NCBI GenBank assembly: GCA_951406725.2
Contig: OX597838.1
Span: 30,628,001 to 30,692,000, forward strand
From: Octopus vulgaris
Taxonomy: Eukaryota
Direction: 5' to 3'
DNA: 64,000 nt
Translations under genes and position numbers: made by a program
The notes under the pieces: model-generated
Databases searched by the model: none
Told to the model about the DNA's origin: nothing
What the model saw: the letters and a program-made list of their open reading frames with translations, nothing else
Shown here: piece by piece, positions 11,676 to 25,385 of the stretch
How the letters are laid out: each line of letters begins with the position of its first letter
Position numbering within the stretch: the first letter of the stretch is position 1

Positions 11676-12520
11676 ACCATTTGTTTTGTTTTGTTTTGAC
11701 CCTCGGGGTTTCTAATACAATGGGAGTGGAGACTGATATATTTAGTTTTTTGTATTTGCTGTAGTTATTGGTGCTAATACCCCACCCGCATTTGTCTTCA
11801 TCGTCAACGCTTTTCTCTTAAGACATAAATATTCATATCGACCTAGGCCAGATCTAAAATAAGAAAGATCTTACTCAAAACAACACTCAGTGAGGGCAAA
11901 CAGAGGACTTCATGATTGTGGAGCTAATTACGTAACTATGAACAGCTCTAATACATAATGAGTGGTGTAAAGATCCAGACCGCTGTATAACGGTTTCAAT
12001 ACTCTATTGAATATTCTTTTCCCTTCATTGTGATATGAATATTCTTGAGAGATTGAAAAACTTAACAATCTCTGGTTTCTATTTTTCTCTCTTTTAAAAC
12101 TCAGAGAGAAACCTTCGCGTGAAATGGCGACGAAACTAAAAGAAGTAAAGAGAGGGAAACTGTAGTGTTCCGGATTAAAGGTTCTCTAGTATTTTCATTC
12201 CGTTAGATTCTGAGTTGTTGTTTCTGATCAAACAAACCTTTAAATAAAATATGTCAGCCATGATCATCTCATCTTATCAAACAATCCATCTTAGTCTTCA
12301 GTGTCCAGTTGCCTCCCGTCTTATTTCTCTTCCAATTCATATTTAGTGAGTCTTAAAGTGTTTGATCCTAGATTTACGAACTGGTCACTGATATGTGACA
12401 ACACGTGATAAGGCGGCATCTTCGATCAAAAATGTAGGGCGCGCTGCTGTTGTTTTTGAAGTTGATGCAAATATATCAACGTCTATTCATATAAAAAGTA
12501 TAACTCAAAATGTAAATCTT

Positions 12521-12593
12521 AGGTTCCAGCGAGTTTCGAACTCACGACCTTCTGCGTGTTAAGCAGATGTGATAACCACTACACCATGGAACC
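12521..12593 (-). tRNA. tRNA-Val(AAC)
   Basis: Consensus body. Confidence 0.93.
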
Positions 12594-13114
12594 TATTGAT
12601 AGTAGTTTATCAAATATTGCTTTATATAAAAAAGTTGTGGGTTGTACAGAGTTTAATAGTTATTTACTTTAAGACAGTGGAATTAACTAGAAAAAAAAGA
12701 AGTATTTAGTTATATTTATTTATAGTGAGGGTTTCGAATCCTGTTGAAGTTCACTGCACCTTCCATGTATTCAGGAGATTATAAAATACTGGTCACTTCT
12801 TTTGGTCAAGTGTACATAGAGTACATCCACTGGGCTCTCTTTAGAAATATCTGTCTGTGTGTCAATGCTAGAGAGAAGATATTGAGAGAAGATCAATATC
12901 AATTTTATCAATATTTATTGCAAAGATCAATAATTATCAATAGATCAGGTCATTATTGTATAAACCCTCAATGCATAAAATGGAAAGTGAACACAACTAG
13001 GATTCGAAACCCTATATAATATTTGTTAATTCACCGTTGCTGCTCTAACATTAAATTGTGTATAAGATACAACTTGTGTACGATAAAACAATATTTGAGA
13101 ATTTTGAAGCATCC

Positions 13115-13187
13115 GGTTCCATGGTGTAGTGGTTATCACATCTGCTTAACACGCAGAAGATCGTGAGTTCGAAACTCGCTGGAACCT
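13115..13187 (+). tRNA. tRNA-Val(AAC)
   Basis: Full length; variable-loop substitution. Confidence 0.88.
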
Positions 13188-13819
13188 GACTTTGGTCTAT
13201 ATATTTTGCTCGTACATTAACTCACTGCTTGCATTACTATTGGTACTACAAGGTGCTGCTGTTTTGTTCCAGTTGTTGTGGCGCTCCACCACCCGACCGC
13301 CACCAATGAATATAATTAAACGCACCCATGAATTAGAGTTTTCCACTTTGAAATTTCTCGTTCGAGACACTCAACATTGATTTCTGATTTTTGCACGAGT
13401 TCAGCAATTTGGGGAAGGCGATAAATCGATGACATCGATCCCAGTGATTATTTTATCGACCCCTAAAGGATAAACGGTAAAGCTGAACTTGGTGGCATTC
13501 GAACTCAGAACGTAAAGACAGACAAAATGCCGACAAGGATCTTGGTCCGGCGCAGGAACCATTGTGCATCGGGTTATCACAGCCGCTTTGCTCATATAGA
13601 GTCACGTGTTCGATACTCACTTGAACATTTTAACATTATTATTTTGGTTTGGTTCTGTTAGGAATTATGTGGACAGCAGGTTACTACCTGTCAGGTATCC
13701 GTAAGTCTTCGGCAATCTTTCAAGTGCTTAGAACCCACCTGATAATCGTTGCTGTCTCTAAGAGACAAAGTTTCTTTAAGAACACAAAAACGCATTCTAT
13801 TCCAGTCTCCTTCGTACGG

Positions 13820-13891
13820 GCTTCCATGGTGTAGTGGTTATCACATCTGCTTCACACGCAGAAGGTCGTGTGTTCGAAATCGCTGGAACCT
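13820..13891 (+). pseudogene. tRNA-Val(CAC), probable pseudogene
   Basis: G2C, broken T stem with a 1-nt deletion; usual upstream flank absent. Confidence 0.7.
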
Positions 13892-14622
13892 CCAGATGCT
13901 TTTTATTTACATTGGGGCTTCCAATTTTACGAGAGTGGGGATTGATAAATTTAGTTTGATGTATTTCCTACAGTTATTAGTGCCAATACCCCTCCAGTAT
14001 TTGACTTCATCGTCGGCTCTGAAGCTGGTGTTACTGATGGTGGTGTTGTAACTTTTACAACTTCTGTGATCTCTACTGTTGTATGGTGTTAGAGAAAACG
14101 GATCTTTTCTGTTGCCGTAACAGTTTTTTGAAATTTAAAATTGAGAGAAAATTTCCAGATTTGGTCCATTGATGTAATTTTTCACATAGAACCTGATGTT
14201 ATTATTCATTTATTCCAGAAAAATTTTAGAAAAATATTACATTAATAGGATGTTGCAAATTGTTTTGTTGTCGACGAAATTTTGCAATGTCTCTCTGAAT
14301 GGATAAAATGTGTTTAGTTATGTCCCTTTGTGTCATCCGTTGTTGGTTTTTGGCGGTGGTAGAGGGGCGGCAGATCAATTACATCAACACTCGGCTTCCA
14401 CCCACTGTACATATTTCATCGACCCCGAAGGGATGCATGGCAAAATTGACGTCTTTGAAATTTGATCCCAGAACGCAAAGCGCCAAGATTAACGTCACTT
14501 TGCAGTTTCTTCGACACAATAACAATTCGCTTTACAGTCCTATGTTATAAAACTAACAACAACAAGAAGAAAGAGAGGATGGTTGCGTCCAAAACAAGTA
14601 AACAAAGCCAAAAAGAAACCAC

Positions 14623-14695
14623 ATGTTCCAGCGAGTTTTGAACTCACGACCTTCTGCGTGTTAAGCAGATGTGATAACCACTACACCATGGAACC
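14623..14695 (-). tRNA. tRNA-Val(AAC), variant or pseudogene
   Basis: T loop TTCAAAA and C72A mismatch. Confidence 0.7.
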
Positions 14696-15241
14696 AGTTG
14701 ACGGCATTTTATCAGATCTTGTTTTATATAAAGAAGTTGTGGGTTGTACAGCGTTTAATGGTGATTTACTTTAAGAAAATACAATGGAATCTCAGAAATG
14801 GGAAATAAACAAGAAAAAATTAGTTATATTTATTTTCAATTCAGGGTTAGAATCCTGCTGGAGTTGACTTTAACCTCTACATACTCAGGGTATCACAAAA
14901 TATTGGTAAAATATTGGTTCTTTTGGTCAAATGTACATCCAGTTTATCACCTGGGCTCTTTTTAGAAATATCTTTCTGTGTGTCAATGTGAGAGATGAAA
15001 ATTAAAAGACAGTTCAATATTTATCAAGATCAATAATTACCAGTAGAACTGGTCATTATTGTACTGACTCCTGAGGATTCAGAATGGAAAGTGAACTGCA
15101 GCAGGATTCTAGATGCTAAGCTCTCCTTGTTAACGTAACCATTTTTGATACACCACCGTGTTTTGAAAGCTAACTCTACATTAAACTCTGCACAAAATAC
15201 TTGTGTATGACAAAACAATATCTGACAGAGCGACAGCATCT

Positions 15242-15314
15242 GGTTCCATGGTGTAGTGGTTATCACATCTGCTTAACACGCAGAAGGTCGTGAGTTCGAA
15301 ACTCGCTGGAACTT
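15242..15314 (+). tRNA. tRNA-Val(AAC)
   Basis: Full length; C72T. Confidence 0.85.
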
Positions 15315-15394
15315 AACTGTTTTATATTTTATTTGTATTTAGTGCCACCACCTTCATTACTGTTGGTGAGGCAAGGGTTGCTTTTTATCACCGA

Positions 15395-15730
15395 CTTGAA
15401 CTTGGCATACCAATCACGAGCGGTTCTTTCCGCTATGGCACCCTCTCCGTACACAGCACAAATGTCGCGAGCAGCTTTTGCGGCCTTAGAACCTTGACTA
15501 AAAGCAAAAAGAAGGAGGTGTCGAAAATGCTCGTTTTTCTTAACTTGACATTCCATTTTAATGATCTGGAAATAAATAAAAATTAAATAAAATTAACTAG
15601 AAAACATAAACAAGATTCCAAAATGATTCAAAAACAGAATTTTCGAAAAAAATTAACTCTAAACTTTAAAAACGCAATAAATTCCAAAATTAAAAGAACA
15701 AACGGCGGGAAATTAGTGCCAACCCAATAT
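15395..15730 (-). mobile_element. Tc1/mariner transposon 5' fragment
   Basis: ORF 15329-15556 encodes a mariner HTH; TIR remnant at about 15710-15730. Confidence 0.82.
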
Positions 15731-16120
15731 ATGACTCATTTGAAATATGGTGCGAAACATCCTTAACTTATTCGTGTATATCACTGGAACCTAACACTTT
15801 TAAAGTCATAAATTGCAATAGTAAAGCTGGACATATGTCAAATAAGAAAGTAGGGGAAATTATTCAAATGGCGTGAGATAAATGATTTTCCCAAGATGAC
15901 ATTCAGTGAAGTTGAAAATGGGATCTCATGATTGCGAAGCCAACGATATAACTTATAGACTGGCTGAGCGTACAATAAGGGGTGTAAAGATCTAGATCCA
16001 ATCACAGCAATAACTGAGACAAAAGGTCGTGTACTACAAGAACAACACCAGAATTTCCAGTATCATGGGGTTGAATGCGGTAGAACCTTGTACAAGCAAA
16101 GGAAAAAAAAAAGTATAATT

Positions 16121-16193
16121 AGGTTTCAGTGAGTTTCGAACTCACGACCTTCTGCGTGTGAAGCAGATATGATAACCACTACACCATAGAACC
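16121..16193 (-). tRNA. tRNA-Val(CAC), acceptor-stem variant
   Basis: Same variant as 8466-8538. Confidence 0.7.
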
Positions 16194-16739
16194 AGGTGCT
16201 AATGAGACACAAATGTTTCTTTAACAAATACAAATGGTAACTTATGCACAGTTTACAGTTGATTTACCTATAAAAAGACAGTGGAATATAAGAAATGGTA
16301 ATTTAAGAAGAAGTATTTAGTTATATTTATTTATAGTGAGGGTTTCGAATCCTGTTGGCGTTCACTGCACCTTCCATGTATTCAGGAGATTATAAAATAT
16401 TGGTCACTTCTTTTGGTCAAATGTATATAGAGTACATCCACTGGACTCTCTTTAGAAATATCTGTCTGTAGAGAGAAGATATTGAGAGAAGATCAATATT
16501 TATTTTATCAATATTTATTGCAAAGATCAATAATTCTCAATAGATCAGGTTATTATTGCATAAACTATCAATGCATAAAATGGAAAGTGAACACAACTAG
16601 GATTCGAAACCCTATGCAATTGTTGTTAATTCACCGTTTCTGATACACCACTGCGCATTGAAAGCTGCTCCAACAATAAATTGCGTATAAGATACAACCT
16701 GTGTATGATAAAGCAATATTTAAGAAAATTGAAGTTTCC

Positions 16740-16812
16740 GGTTCCATGGTGTAGTGGTTATCACATCTGCTTAACACGCAGAAGGTCGTGAGTTCGAAAC
16801 TCGCTGGAACCT
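16740..16812 (+). tRNA. tRNA-Val(AAC)
   Basis: Consensus body. Confidence 0.93.
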
Positions 16813-17383
16813 GACTTTACTTTATATATTTTGCTCGTACATTAACTCACCGCTCGCATTACTGTTGGTACTGCAAAGAGCGGCTGTTTTGTTCCAGTTG
16901 TTGTGGCGCTCCACCACCCGGCCGCCACCAAGGAATATAATTAAACGCAGCCCTGAAGTAAAGTTTTCCACTTTAAAATTTCTCGTTCGAGACACTCAAC
17001 GTTGGTTTCAGATTTTTGCACAAATTCAGCAATTTTGAGGAGGCGATAAATGGATGACATCGATCCCAGTGATTTGCAGGTGATTATTTTATCGACCCCG
17101 AAAGGATAAACGGTAAAGATGCACTTACAGATCAATTACATCAACACTCGGCTTCCACCCACTGTACATATTTCATCGACCCCAAAGGGATGCATGGCAA
17201 AATTCACGTCTTTGAAATTTGACCTCAGAATGCAAAGCGCCAAGAGTAACCCCACTTTGCAGTTTCTTCGACACAGTAACAATACGCTTTCCAGTCCTAT
17301 GTAATAAAATTATACAACAAGAACAAGAAGAAAGAGAGGAATGTTGAGTCCAAAACAAGTAAAGAAAGCCAAAAAGAAATCAT

Positions 17384-17456
17384 AGGTTTCAGCGAGTTTC
17401 GAACTCACGACCTTCTGCGTGTTAAGCAGATGTGATAACCACTACACCATGGAACC
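17384..17456 (-). tRNA. tRNA-Val(AAC)
   Basis: Full length; one acceptor mismatch (TGAAACC). Confidence 0.82.
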
Positions 17457-17865
17457 AGACCACAGAACGCTTTAATATTGCTTTATCATACAGAAGTTGT
17501 TTCTAATACAGAGTTTAATGTCGAGTTACTTTCAAACTACAGCGGAGTATCAGAATCGATACGTTAACAAGAAGTGTTTCTTTCTCGCCAGGGTTTCGAA
17601 TCCTACTAGATTTCCTGAAACGTCTATTGTTTCAGAGGTTCATAAAATAATGACTAGTTCTATTGGTAATTATTGGTCTTCTCAATAGATATCGATCTCA
17701 TCTCAGTATCTATCTCTAACATTGACGCAGACTGTAGTGTTCAATGGATAAACTCAAACCACCGTATATTACTGGTATATATTTTAACGTCACTAGATTA
17801 TGAAAACTCCAGACCGATTTCACTTACGTATGACCAGAAAAATATTGAGCGCTAAAGTAGCTGGT

Positions 17866-17938
17866 GGTTCCATGGTGTAGTGGTTATCACGTCTGCTTTA
17901 CACGCAGAAGGTCGCGAGTTCGAAACTCGCTGGAACCT
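17866..17938 (+). tRNA. tRNA-Val(TAC)
   Basis: G26/C50 subtype, loop TTTACAC. Confidence 0.92.
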
Positions 17939-18117
17939 GCGCATGTGCTGATTTTTTAAATTTCTTTTTCCCCGCCAACGATATCATTTAATTTCGAATC
18001 TTGCAGGAGTTCACTTCACCGTTCATGCGTTCAGGAATATAAAAATGACGCCAAGTTCTATTCATAATTGTTGACCATCTCAATAAATTTTGATCTTTTC
18101 TCAGTATTTATTTTTAC

Positions 18118-18232
18118 CGTTGTTGTTGCTGCTGCTGCTGCTGTTGTTGTTGTTGTTGTTGTTGTTGTTGCTTTTGCTGTTGTTGTTGTTGTAGTTGCTG
18201 CTGCTGCTGTTGTTGTTGTTGCTGCTGCTGCT

Positions 18233-18264
<32 letters not shown>

Positions 18265-18291
18265 TGCTGTTGTTGTTTTTGTTGTTGTTAT

Positions 18292-18323
<32 letters not shown>

Positions 18324-18424
18324 ATGTTGTTGCTGCTGCTGCTGCTTTTGTTATTGTTGTTGTTGTTGTTGTTGTTGCTGCTGCTGCTGCTGCGGCTGCC
18401 GCTGCTGCGGCTGCCGCTGCTGCT
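18118..18424. repeat. Expanded (GTT/GCT)n compound microsatellite
   Basis: About 300 bp; same site as the shorter tracts at 10456, 25570 and 31972. Confidence 0.92.
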
Positions 18425-18948
18425 AATTCTTTCATTAATAAAATTTTCCTTGTAGATATTACCCCCACCAGAAAAATCGTTTCTATTATAATTGCTGTTG
18501 GTTTCATAACGTTTCATTGTCGTTGTTTTTACTGAGGTAGGGCGTGTCTGGATTGGCAGCAATCTCAACAATGGACATAATTAAACACAAGCAGGTATTT
18601 AGTCTCTCACATTAACATTTCTTGGCAGAGAAAGGCCATGAATTTCAGAGAGGACGGCCAGTCGATTACACCGACCCCACGGCTCAAAGGGTATTTATTT
18701 TATCGACCCCGAAAAGATGAAAGGCAAAGTCATCCTCAGTGGGATTTGAACTCTGAACGTAAAGACGGACGAAATTCCGCAGAGCATTTTGCCTGGCGCG
18801 CTTTTCAGTTTAATCTGTTGCTTGTGTAGATGCTGCTGCTGCTGTTTCTGTTGTTTTGTGTAAATACAATAAATACAATAAACTAATGACATCAATGCCT
18901 AACCCAATAAAATCATTAACCTCAGGAGATGAAAAAAAAAAAAAAGCT

Positions 18949-19021
18949 AGGTTCCAGCGAGTTTCGAACTCACGACCTTCTGCGTGTAAAGCAGATATGA
19001 TAACCACAACACCATGGAACC
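18949..19021 (-). tRNA. tRNA-Val(TAC), variant
   Basis: Full length; D-arm substitutions. Confidence 0.75.
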
Positions 19022-19538
19022 ACCAGCTGCTTCTAGCACAAAAATTTTTCTTATCATATATAAGTGAAATCGATCCGGAGAACTAGCTATACAACAATGG
19101 ACTGTTCTATTATAGAATGAGGGGTGGAAAGCCCATGGAACAAAACCGCCGTTGACTACAACATCATGAGCAACTATAGAGCTTGCTTTCCTGCTTCCAG
19201 TGATGTTAAAATATATACCAGTAATTATCTGTGACTAGAGTTTATCCACTGAACGCTCTTTAGAAATATCTGTCTGTGAGTCAAAGTTAGAGATAAAGAG
19301 TGAGAGAAGATCAATATCTATTGCAAAGACCAAAAATTGCGAATGGAACTGGTCCTTATAAACCCCTAAATACATAAAATGGAAAGTGAACTCGAGCAGG
19401 ATTCGAAAACCTAAATACATTTCGTTAATTCCCCGTTCCTGATTCCCCGCAGTGTTTTGAAAGATACCTCAACTGTAAACTCTGCGCAAGTTACAACTAA
19501 TCTATGATAAAACAATATTTGAGAATATTCAAGCATCT

Positions 19539-19611
19539 GGTTCCATGGTGTAGTGGTTATCACATCTGCTTAACACGCAGAAGGTCGTGAGTTCGAAACT
19601 CACTAGAACCT
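19539..19611 (+). tRNA. tRNA-Val(AAC)
   Basis: Full length; one acceptor mismatch (TAGAACC). Confidence 0.82.
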
Positions 19612-19641
19612 AATTGCTTTACATTTTGCTAATATATAATC

Positions 19642-20040
19642 ATTTCTATTCTAAGCACAAGGCCTGAAATTTTGGTGGAAGTGGCGAGTCGATTAGATCG
19701 ACGCCAGTATGCAACTGGTACTTAATTTATCGACCCCGAAAGGATGAAAGGCAAAGTCGACCTCGGCGGAATTTGAACTCAAAACGTAAAGACAGACAAA
19801 ATATTTATTTCTTTACTACCCACAAGGAGCTAAACACAGAGAGGACAAACAAGGACAGACAAACGGATTACGTCGATTATATTGACCCCGTGAGTAACTG
19901 GTACTTATTTAGTCGCCCCCGAAAGGATGAAAGGCAAAGTCGGCCTCGGCGGAATTTGAACTCAGAACGTAAAGACATACGAAATACCACGAAGCATTTC
20001 GCCCGGCGTACTAATGTTTCTGCCAACTCGCCGCCATATT
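19642..20040 (-). mobile_element. Tandem tRNA-derived SINE units (Nin/Deu-like core)
   Basis: Paralog of 5031-5652 without the MITE. Confidence 0.75.
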
Positions 20041-20478
20041 TTGCTAGTACATAATACCACTACCCACATTACAGTTGGTATTGCAAATGCTGTTGTTGTC
20101 GGCGACGTTTGGTTCTAGTTGTTGTTGTTGTTGTTGTTACTATTGTGTTGTAGGGTGGGCCCTCTCTGCCGTCACCACCGATGTGGACGGACAGACTCAG
20201 CGATATATTAAAGTTGGACATTGGAAAATTTGTCAGTAGAGACAATTGGTTTCAAATTTGTGTACAAGGCCAGCAATTTCAGTGGGAGGAGATAAGTCGC
20301 TTACATCAAACCCAATGCTCAACTGGTATGTATTTTATCGGCCCCGGCAGAATTTGAACACTGAACGTAAAGACGGACGAATGCCGTGAAACTTTTTGCC
20401 CAGGGTGCTACGAATCTGCGAAAATGTCGCTTTACATCTTTTATATAATAAAACAATAATCAACCCCCGGTCGTGTTT

Positions 20479-20533
20479 GGTTCCATGGTGTAGTGGTTAT
20501 CACATCTGCTTCACACGCAGAAGGTCGTGAGTT
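20479..20533 (+). pseudogene. tRNA-Val(CAC), 3'-deleted
   Basis: Body stops at GAGTT in the T loop and joins the downstream T-rich flank. Confidence 0.85.
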
Positions 20534-21389
20534 GTTTTCTGTTTTGTTTTGACCCTGGGGTTTCTAAGACCCTGGGGTTTCTAATACAATGGGAATGGAG
20601 ACTGATATATTTAGTTTCTTGTATTTCCTATAGTTATTGGTGCTAATACCCCACCCGCATTTTTCTTCATCGTCAACGCTTTTCTCTTAAGACTTAAATA
20701 GTAATATCGACCTCGGCCAGATTTAAAATAAGAAAGATCTTACTCAAAACAGTACTCAGTGAGGGCGAACAGAGGACTTCATGATTGTGGAGATAATTAC
20801 GTAACTATGAACAGCTCTAATACATAATGAGTGGTGTAAAAATCAAGACCGCTGTATAACGGTTTCAATACTCTATAGAATATTCTTTTCCCTTCATTGT
20901 GATATGAATATTCTTGAGAGATTGAAAAACTTAACAATCTCTGGTTTCTATTTCTCTCTCTTTTAAAACTCAGAGAGAAACCTTCGCATGAAATGGCGAC
21001 GAAACTAAAAGAAGTGAAGAGAGGGAAACTGTAGTGTTTCGGATTAAAGGTTCTCTAGTATTTTCATTCCGTTAGATTCTTAGTTGTTGTTTCTGATCAA
21101 ACAAACCTTTAAATAAAATATGTCAGCCATGATCATCTCATCTTATCAAACAATCCATCCAAGACTTCAGTATCCAGTGGTCACCACTCTTATTTCTCTT
21201 CCGATTCATATTTAGTGAGTCTTAAAGTGTTTGATCCTAGATTTACGAACTGGTCGCTGATATGTGGCAACACGTAATAATGCGGCATCTTTGATCAAAA
21301 ATGTAGGGCGCGCTGCTCTTGTTTTTGAAGTTGATGCAAATATATCAACGCCTTTTTCCTATAAAAGTATAACTCAAAATGTAAAACCT

Positions 21390-21462
21390 AGGTTTCAGCG
21401 AGTTTCGAACTCACGACCTTCTGCGTGTTAAGCAGATGTGATAACCACTACACCATGGAACC
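21390..21462 (-). tRNA. tRNA-Val(AAC)
   Basis: Full length; one acceptor mismatch. Confidence 0.82.
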
Positions 21463-21998
21463 AGTCGATAGTGTTTTACCAAATATTGCTTTATATAAAG
21501 AAGTTGTGGGTTGTACAGAGTTTACTTTAAGAAAAGACAATGGAATCTCAGAAATGGTAAATTAACAAGAAAAAAATTAGTTATATTTATTTTCAATTCA
21601 GGTTTCGAATCCTGCTGGAGTTGACTTTAGCCTCCACGTACTCAGGGTATCATAAAATATTGGTAAAATATTGGTTCTTTTGGTCAAATGTACATTGAGT
21701 TTATCACCTGGGCTCTTTTTAGAAATATCTGTCTGTGTGTCAATGTGAGAGATGAAAATTAAAAGACAGTTCAATATTTATCAAGATCAATAATTACCAG
21801 TAGAACAGGTCATTATTGTACTGACCCCTGAGGATATAGAATGGAAAGTGAACTGCAGCAGGATTCGAGATGCTAAGCTCTCCTTGTTAACGTAACCATT
21901 TTTGATACTCTACTGTGTTTTGAAAGCTAACTCTACATTAAACTCTGCACAAAATACTTGTGTATGACAAAACAATATCTGATCGAGCGACAGCATCT

Positions 21999-22071
21999 GG
22001 TTCCATGGTGTAGTGGTTATCACATCTGCTTAACACGCAGAAGGTCGTGAGTTCGAAACTCGCTGGAACCT
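21999..22071 (+). tRNA. tRNA-Val(AAC)
   Basis: Consensus body. Confidence 0.93.
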
Positions 22072-22150
22072 AAATGCCTTATATTTTATTTGTATTCGTG
22101 CCACCATCCTCATTACTGCTGGTGAGGCAAGGGTTGCTTTTTCTCACCGA

Positions 22151-22350
22151 CTTGAACTTGGCATACCAATCACGAGCGGTTCTTTCAGCCATGCCATCCT
22201 CTCCGTACATAGCACAAATGTCGCGAGCAGCTTTTGCGGTCTTAGAACCTTGACTGAAAGCTAAATGGAGGTGTCGAAACTGCTCATTTTTCTTAACTTG
22301 ACATTCCATTTTAATGATCTGGAAATAAATAAAATTTAACTAAAATGAAC
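22151..22350 (-). mobile_element. Tc1/mariner fragment (TIR deleted)
   Basis: ORF 22079-22309 mariner HTH. Confidence 0.75.
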
Positions 22351-22801
22351 TAGAAAAAAAGAAGTATTTAGTTATATTTATTTATAGTGAGGGTTTCGAA
22401 TCCTGTTGAAGTTCACTGCACCTTCCATGTATTCAGGAGATTATAAAATATTGGTCACTTCTTTTGGTCAAATGTACATAGAGTACATCCACTGGGCTCT
22501 CTTTAGAAATATCTGTCTGTGTGTCAATGCTAGAGAGAAGATATTGAGAGAAGATCAATATTTATTTTATCAATATTTATTGCAAAGATGAATGATTATC
22601 AATAGATCAGGTCATTATTGTATAAACCCTCAATGCATAAAATGGAAAGTGAACACAACTAGGATTCGAAACTGTATACAATTTTTGTTAATTCACCGTT
22701 CCTGATGCACCACTTTGCATTGAAAGCTGCTCCAACATTAAGTTGTGTATAAGATACAACTTGTGTATGATAAAGCAATATTTGAGAAAACTTCAGCATC
22801 C

Positions 22802-22874
22802 GGTTCCATGGTGTAGTGGTTATCACATCTGCTTAACACGCAGAAGGTCGTGAGTTCGAAACTCGCTGGAACCT
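22802..22874 (+). tRNA. tRNA-Val(AAC)
   Basis: Consensus body. Confidence 0.93.
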
Positions 22875-23554
22875 GACTTCACTTTACTTTATATATTTGT
22901 ACTTTAATTCACCGTTCGCATTACTGTTGGTACTGCAAGGTTCAGCTGTTTTGTTCCAGTTCTTGTGGCGCTCCAACACCCGGCCGCCACCAATGATTAT
23001 AATTAAACGCAGCCATGATTTAAAGTTTTCCACTTAGAAATTTCTCGTTCGAGACACTCAACATTGATTTCTGATTTTTGCACGAGTTCAGCAATTTCGG
23101 GAAGGCGATAAATCGATGACATCGATCTCAGTGATTAGCAAGTGATTATTTTATCGACCCCGAAAGGATAAACGGTAAAGCTGAACTTGGTGGCTTTCGA
23201 ACTCAGAACGTAAAGACAGACAAAATGGCGACAAGGATCTTGGTCCGGCGCAGGAACCATTGTGCATCGGGTTATCACAGCCGCTTTGCGCCACAGAGAG
23301 TCACGTGTTCGATACTCGCTTGAACACTTTTACATTATGATTTTGGTTTGGATCCGTTAGGAATTATGTGGACAGCAGGTGACTACCTGTCAGGTATCCG
23401 TAAGTCTTCGGCAATCTTTCAAGTACTTAGAACCCACCTGATAATCCTTGCTGTCTCTAAGAGACAAAGTTTCTTTAAGAACTCCGCAGCGCATTCTATT
23501 CAAGTCTCCTTCATCCATTTGTCTATATTTTTGCTTACTGTTCTCAACGCACCG

Positions 23555-23809
<255 letters not shown>

Positions 23810-24034
23810 CAAGATGTTTTTTATTAACATTGGCGGCTTCTAATTTCACGAGAGTGGGGAAGCACTTTATAAGACACAACTTATAATATAAATAGAGTAA
23901 TAATGGGTGACAGGAGGGCGTGTGGTTCCATGGTGTAGTGGGTTTTTTTTTCATCTCCTGAGGTTTATGATTTTATTGGGTTAGGCATTGATGTCATTAG
24001 TTGATTGTATTTATTGTATTTACACAAAGCAGGT

Positions 24035-24107
24035 GGTTCCATGGTGTAGTGGTTATCACATCTGCTTCACACGCAGAAGGTCGTGAGTTCGAAACTCGCT
24101 GGAACCT
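24035..24107 (+). tRNA. tRNA-Val(CAC)
   Basis: Consensus body. Confidence 0.9.
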
Positions 24108-24828
24108 CAAGATGCTTTTTTTTTTTTATTAACATTGGGGGCTTCTAATTTCACGAGAGTGGGGATTGATATATTTAGTTTGTTGTATTTTCTACAGTTA
24201 TTAGTGCCAATACTCGTCCAGTATTTGTCTTCATCGTCGACTCCGAAGCTGGTGTTGTAACTGTTACAGCTTCTGTGATCTCTTCTGTTGTATGGTGGTA
24301 GAGAAGACGGATCTTTTCTGTTGGGGTGAAAGTTTTTTGAAATTTAAAATTGAGAGAAAATTTCCAGATTTGGTCCATAGATGTAATTTTTCACATTGAA
24401 CCTGATGTTGTTATTCACTTATTCCAGAAAAATTCTAGAAAAATATTACATTAATAGGATGTTGCAAATTTTTTGTTGTCGACGAAAATTTGAAATGTCT
24501 CACTGAATGGATAAAAGGTGTTTAGTTATGTCCCTTTGTGTCATCCGTTGTTGTTTTTGGCGGTGGTGAGGCGGCAGATCAATTACATCAACACTCGGCT
24601 TCCACCCACAGTACATATTTCATCGACCCCCAAGGGATGAATGGCAAAATTCACGTCTTTGAAGTTTGATATCAGAACGCAAAGCGCCAAAATTAACGCC
24701 ACTTTGCAGTTTCTTCGACACAGTAACAATTCACTTTATAATACTATGTAATAAACCTAACAACAACAAGAAGATAGAGACGATAGTTGCGTCCGAAACA
24801 AGTAAACAAAGCCCAAAAAAGAAGACTT

Positions 24829-24901
24829 AGGTTCCAGCGAGTTTCGAACTCACGACCTTCTGCGTGTTAAGCAGATGTGATAACCACTACACCATGGAAC
24901 C
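24829..24901 (-). tRNA. tRNA-Val(AAC)
   Basis: Consensus body. Confidence 0.93.
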
Positions 24902-25312
24902 AGACAACGGAACGCTTTAAAATATTGCTTTATCATACAAAAGTTGTTTCTAATACCGTGATTAATGTTAAGTTACCTCCAAACTACAAAGGTGCATCAG
25001 AATCGATACATTAACAAGAAGTGTTTCTTTCTCGCCAGGGTTTCGAATCCTACTAGATTTCCTGAAACGTCTATTGTTTCAGAGGTTCATAAAATAATGA
25101 CTAGTTCTATTGGTAATTATTAGTCTTTTCAATAGATATCGATCTCATCTCAGCATCTATCTCTAAGATTGACACAGACAGTAGTGTTAAATGGATAAAC
25201 TGAAGCCACCGTATATTACTGGTATATATTTTAACGTCACTAGATTATGAAAACTCCAGACCGATTTCACTTACGTATGACCAGAAAAATATTGAGTGGT
25301 GAAGCAGCCGGT

Positions 25313-25385
25313 GGTTCCATGGTGTAGTGGCTATCACGTCTGCTTCACACGCAGAAGGTCGCGAGTTCGAAACTCGCTGGAACCT
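25313..25385 (+). tRNA. tRNA-Val(CAC)
   Basis: G26/C50 subtype. Confidence 0.92.

Larger units (their letters stand above)
7300..15650 (+). repeat. Higher-order segmental duplication, copy 1 (pairs with about 28800-37140)
   Basis: Colinear near-identical landmarks at an offset of about 21.5 kb (8697/30216, 10408/31924, 13192/34707, 14299/35803); boundaries approximate. Confidence 0.85.

Noticed and set aside
15329-15556. SETMAR-like host gene or active transposase
   Set aside because: Only about 55 aa of HTH are present, with no catalytic DDD domain, no SET domain and no right TIR.
18058-18571. Poly-Ala/Thr/Val/Leu/Asn ORFs (also at 10.4, 23.4, 31.9 and 53.2 kb)
   Set aside because: They are trinucleotide microsatellites that are open in several frames on both strands.
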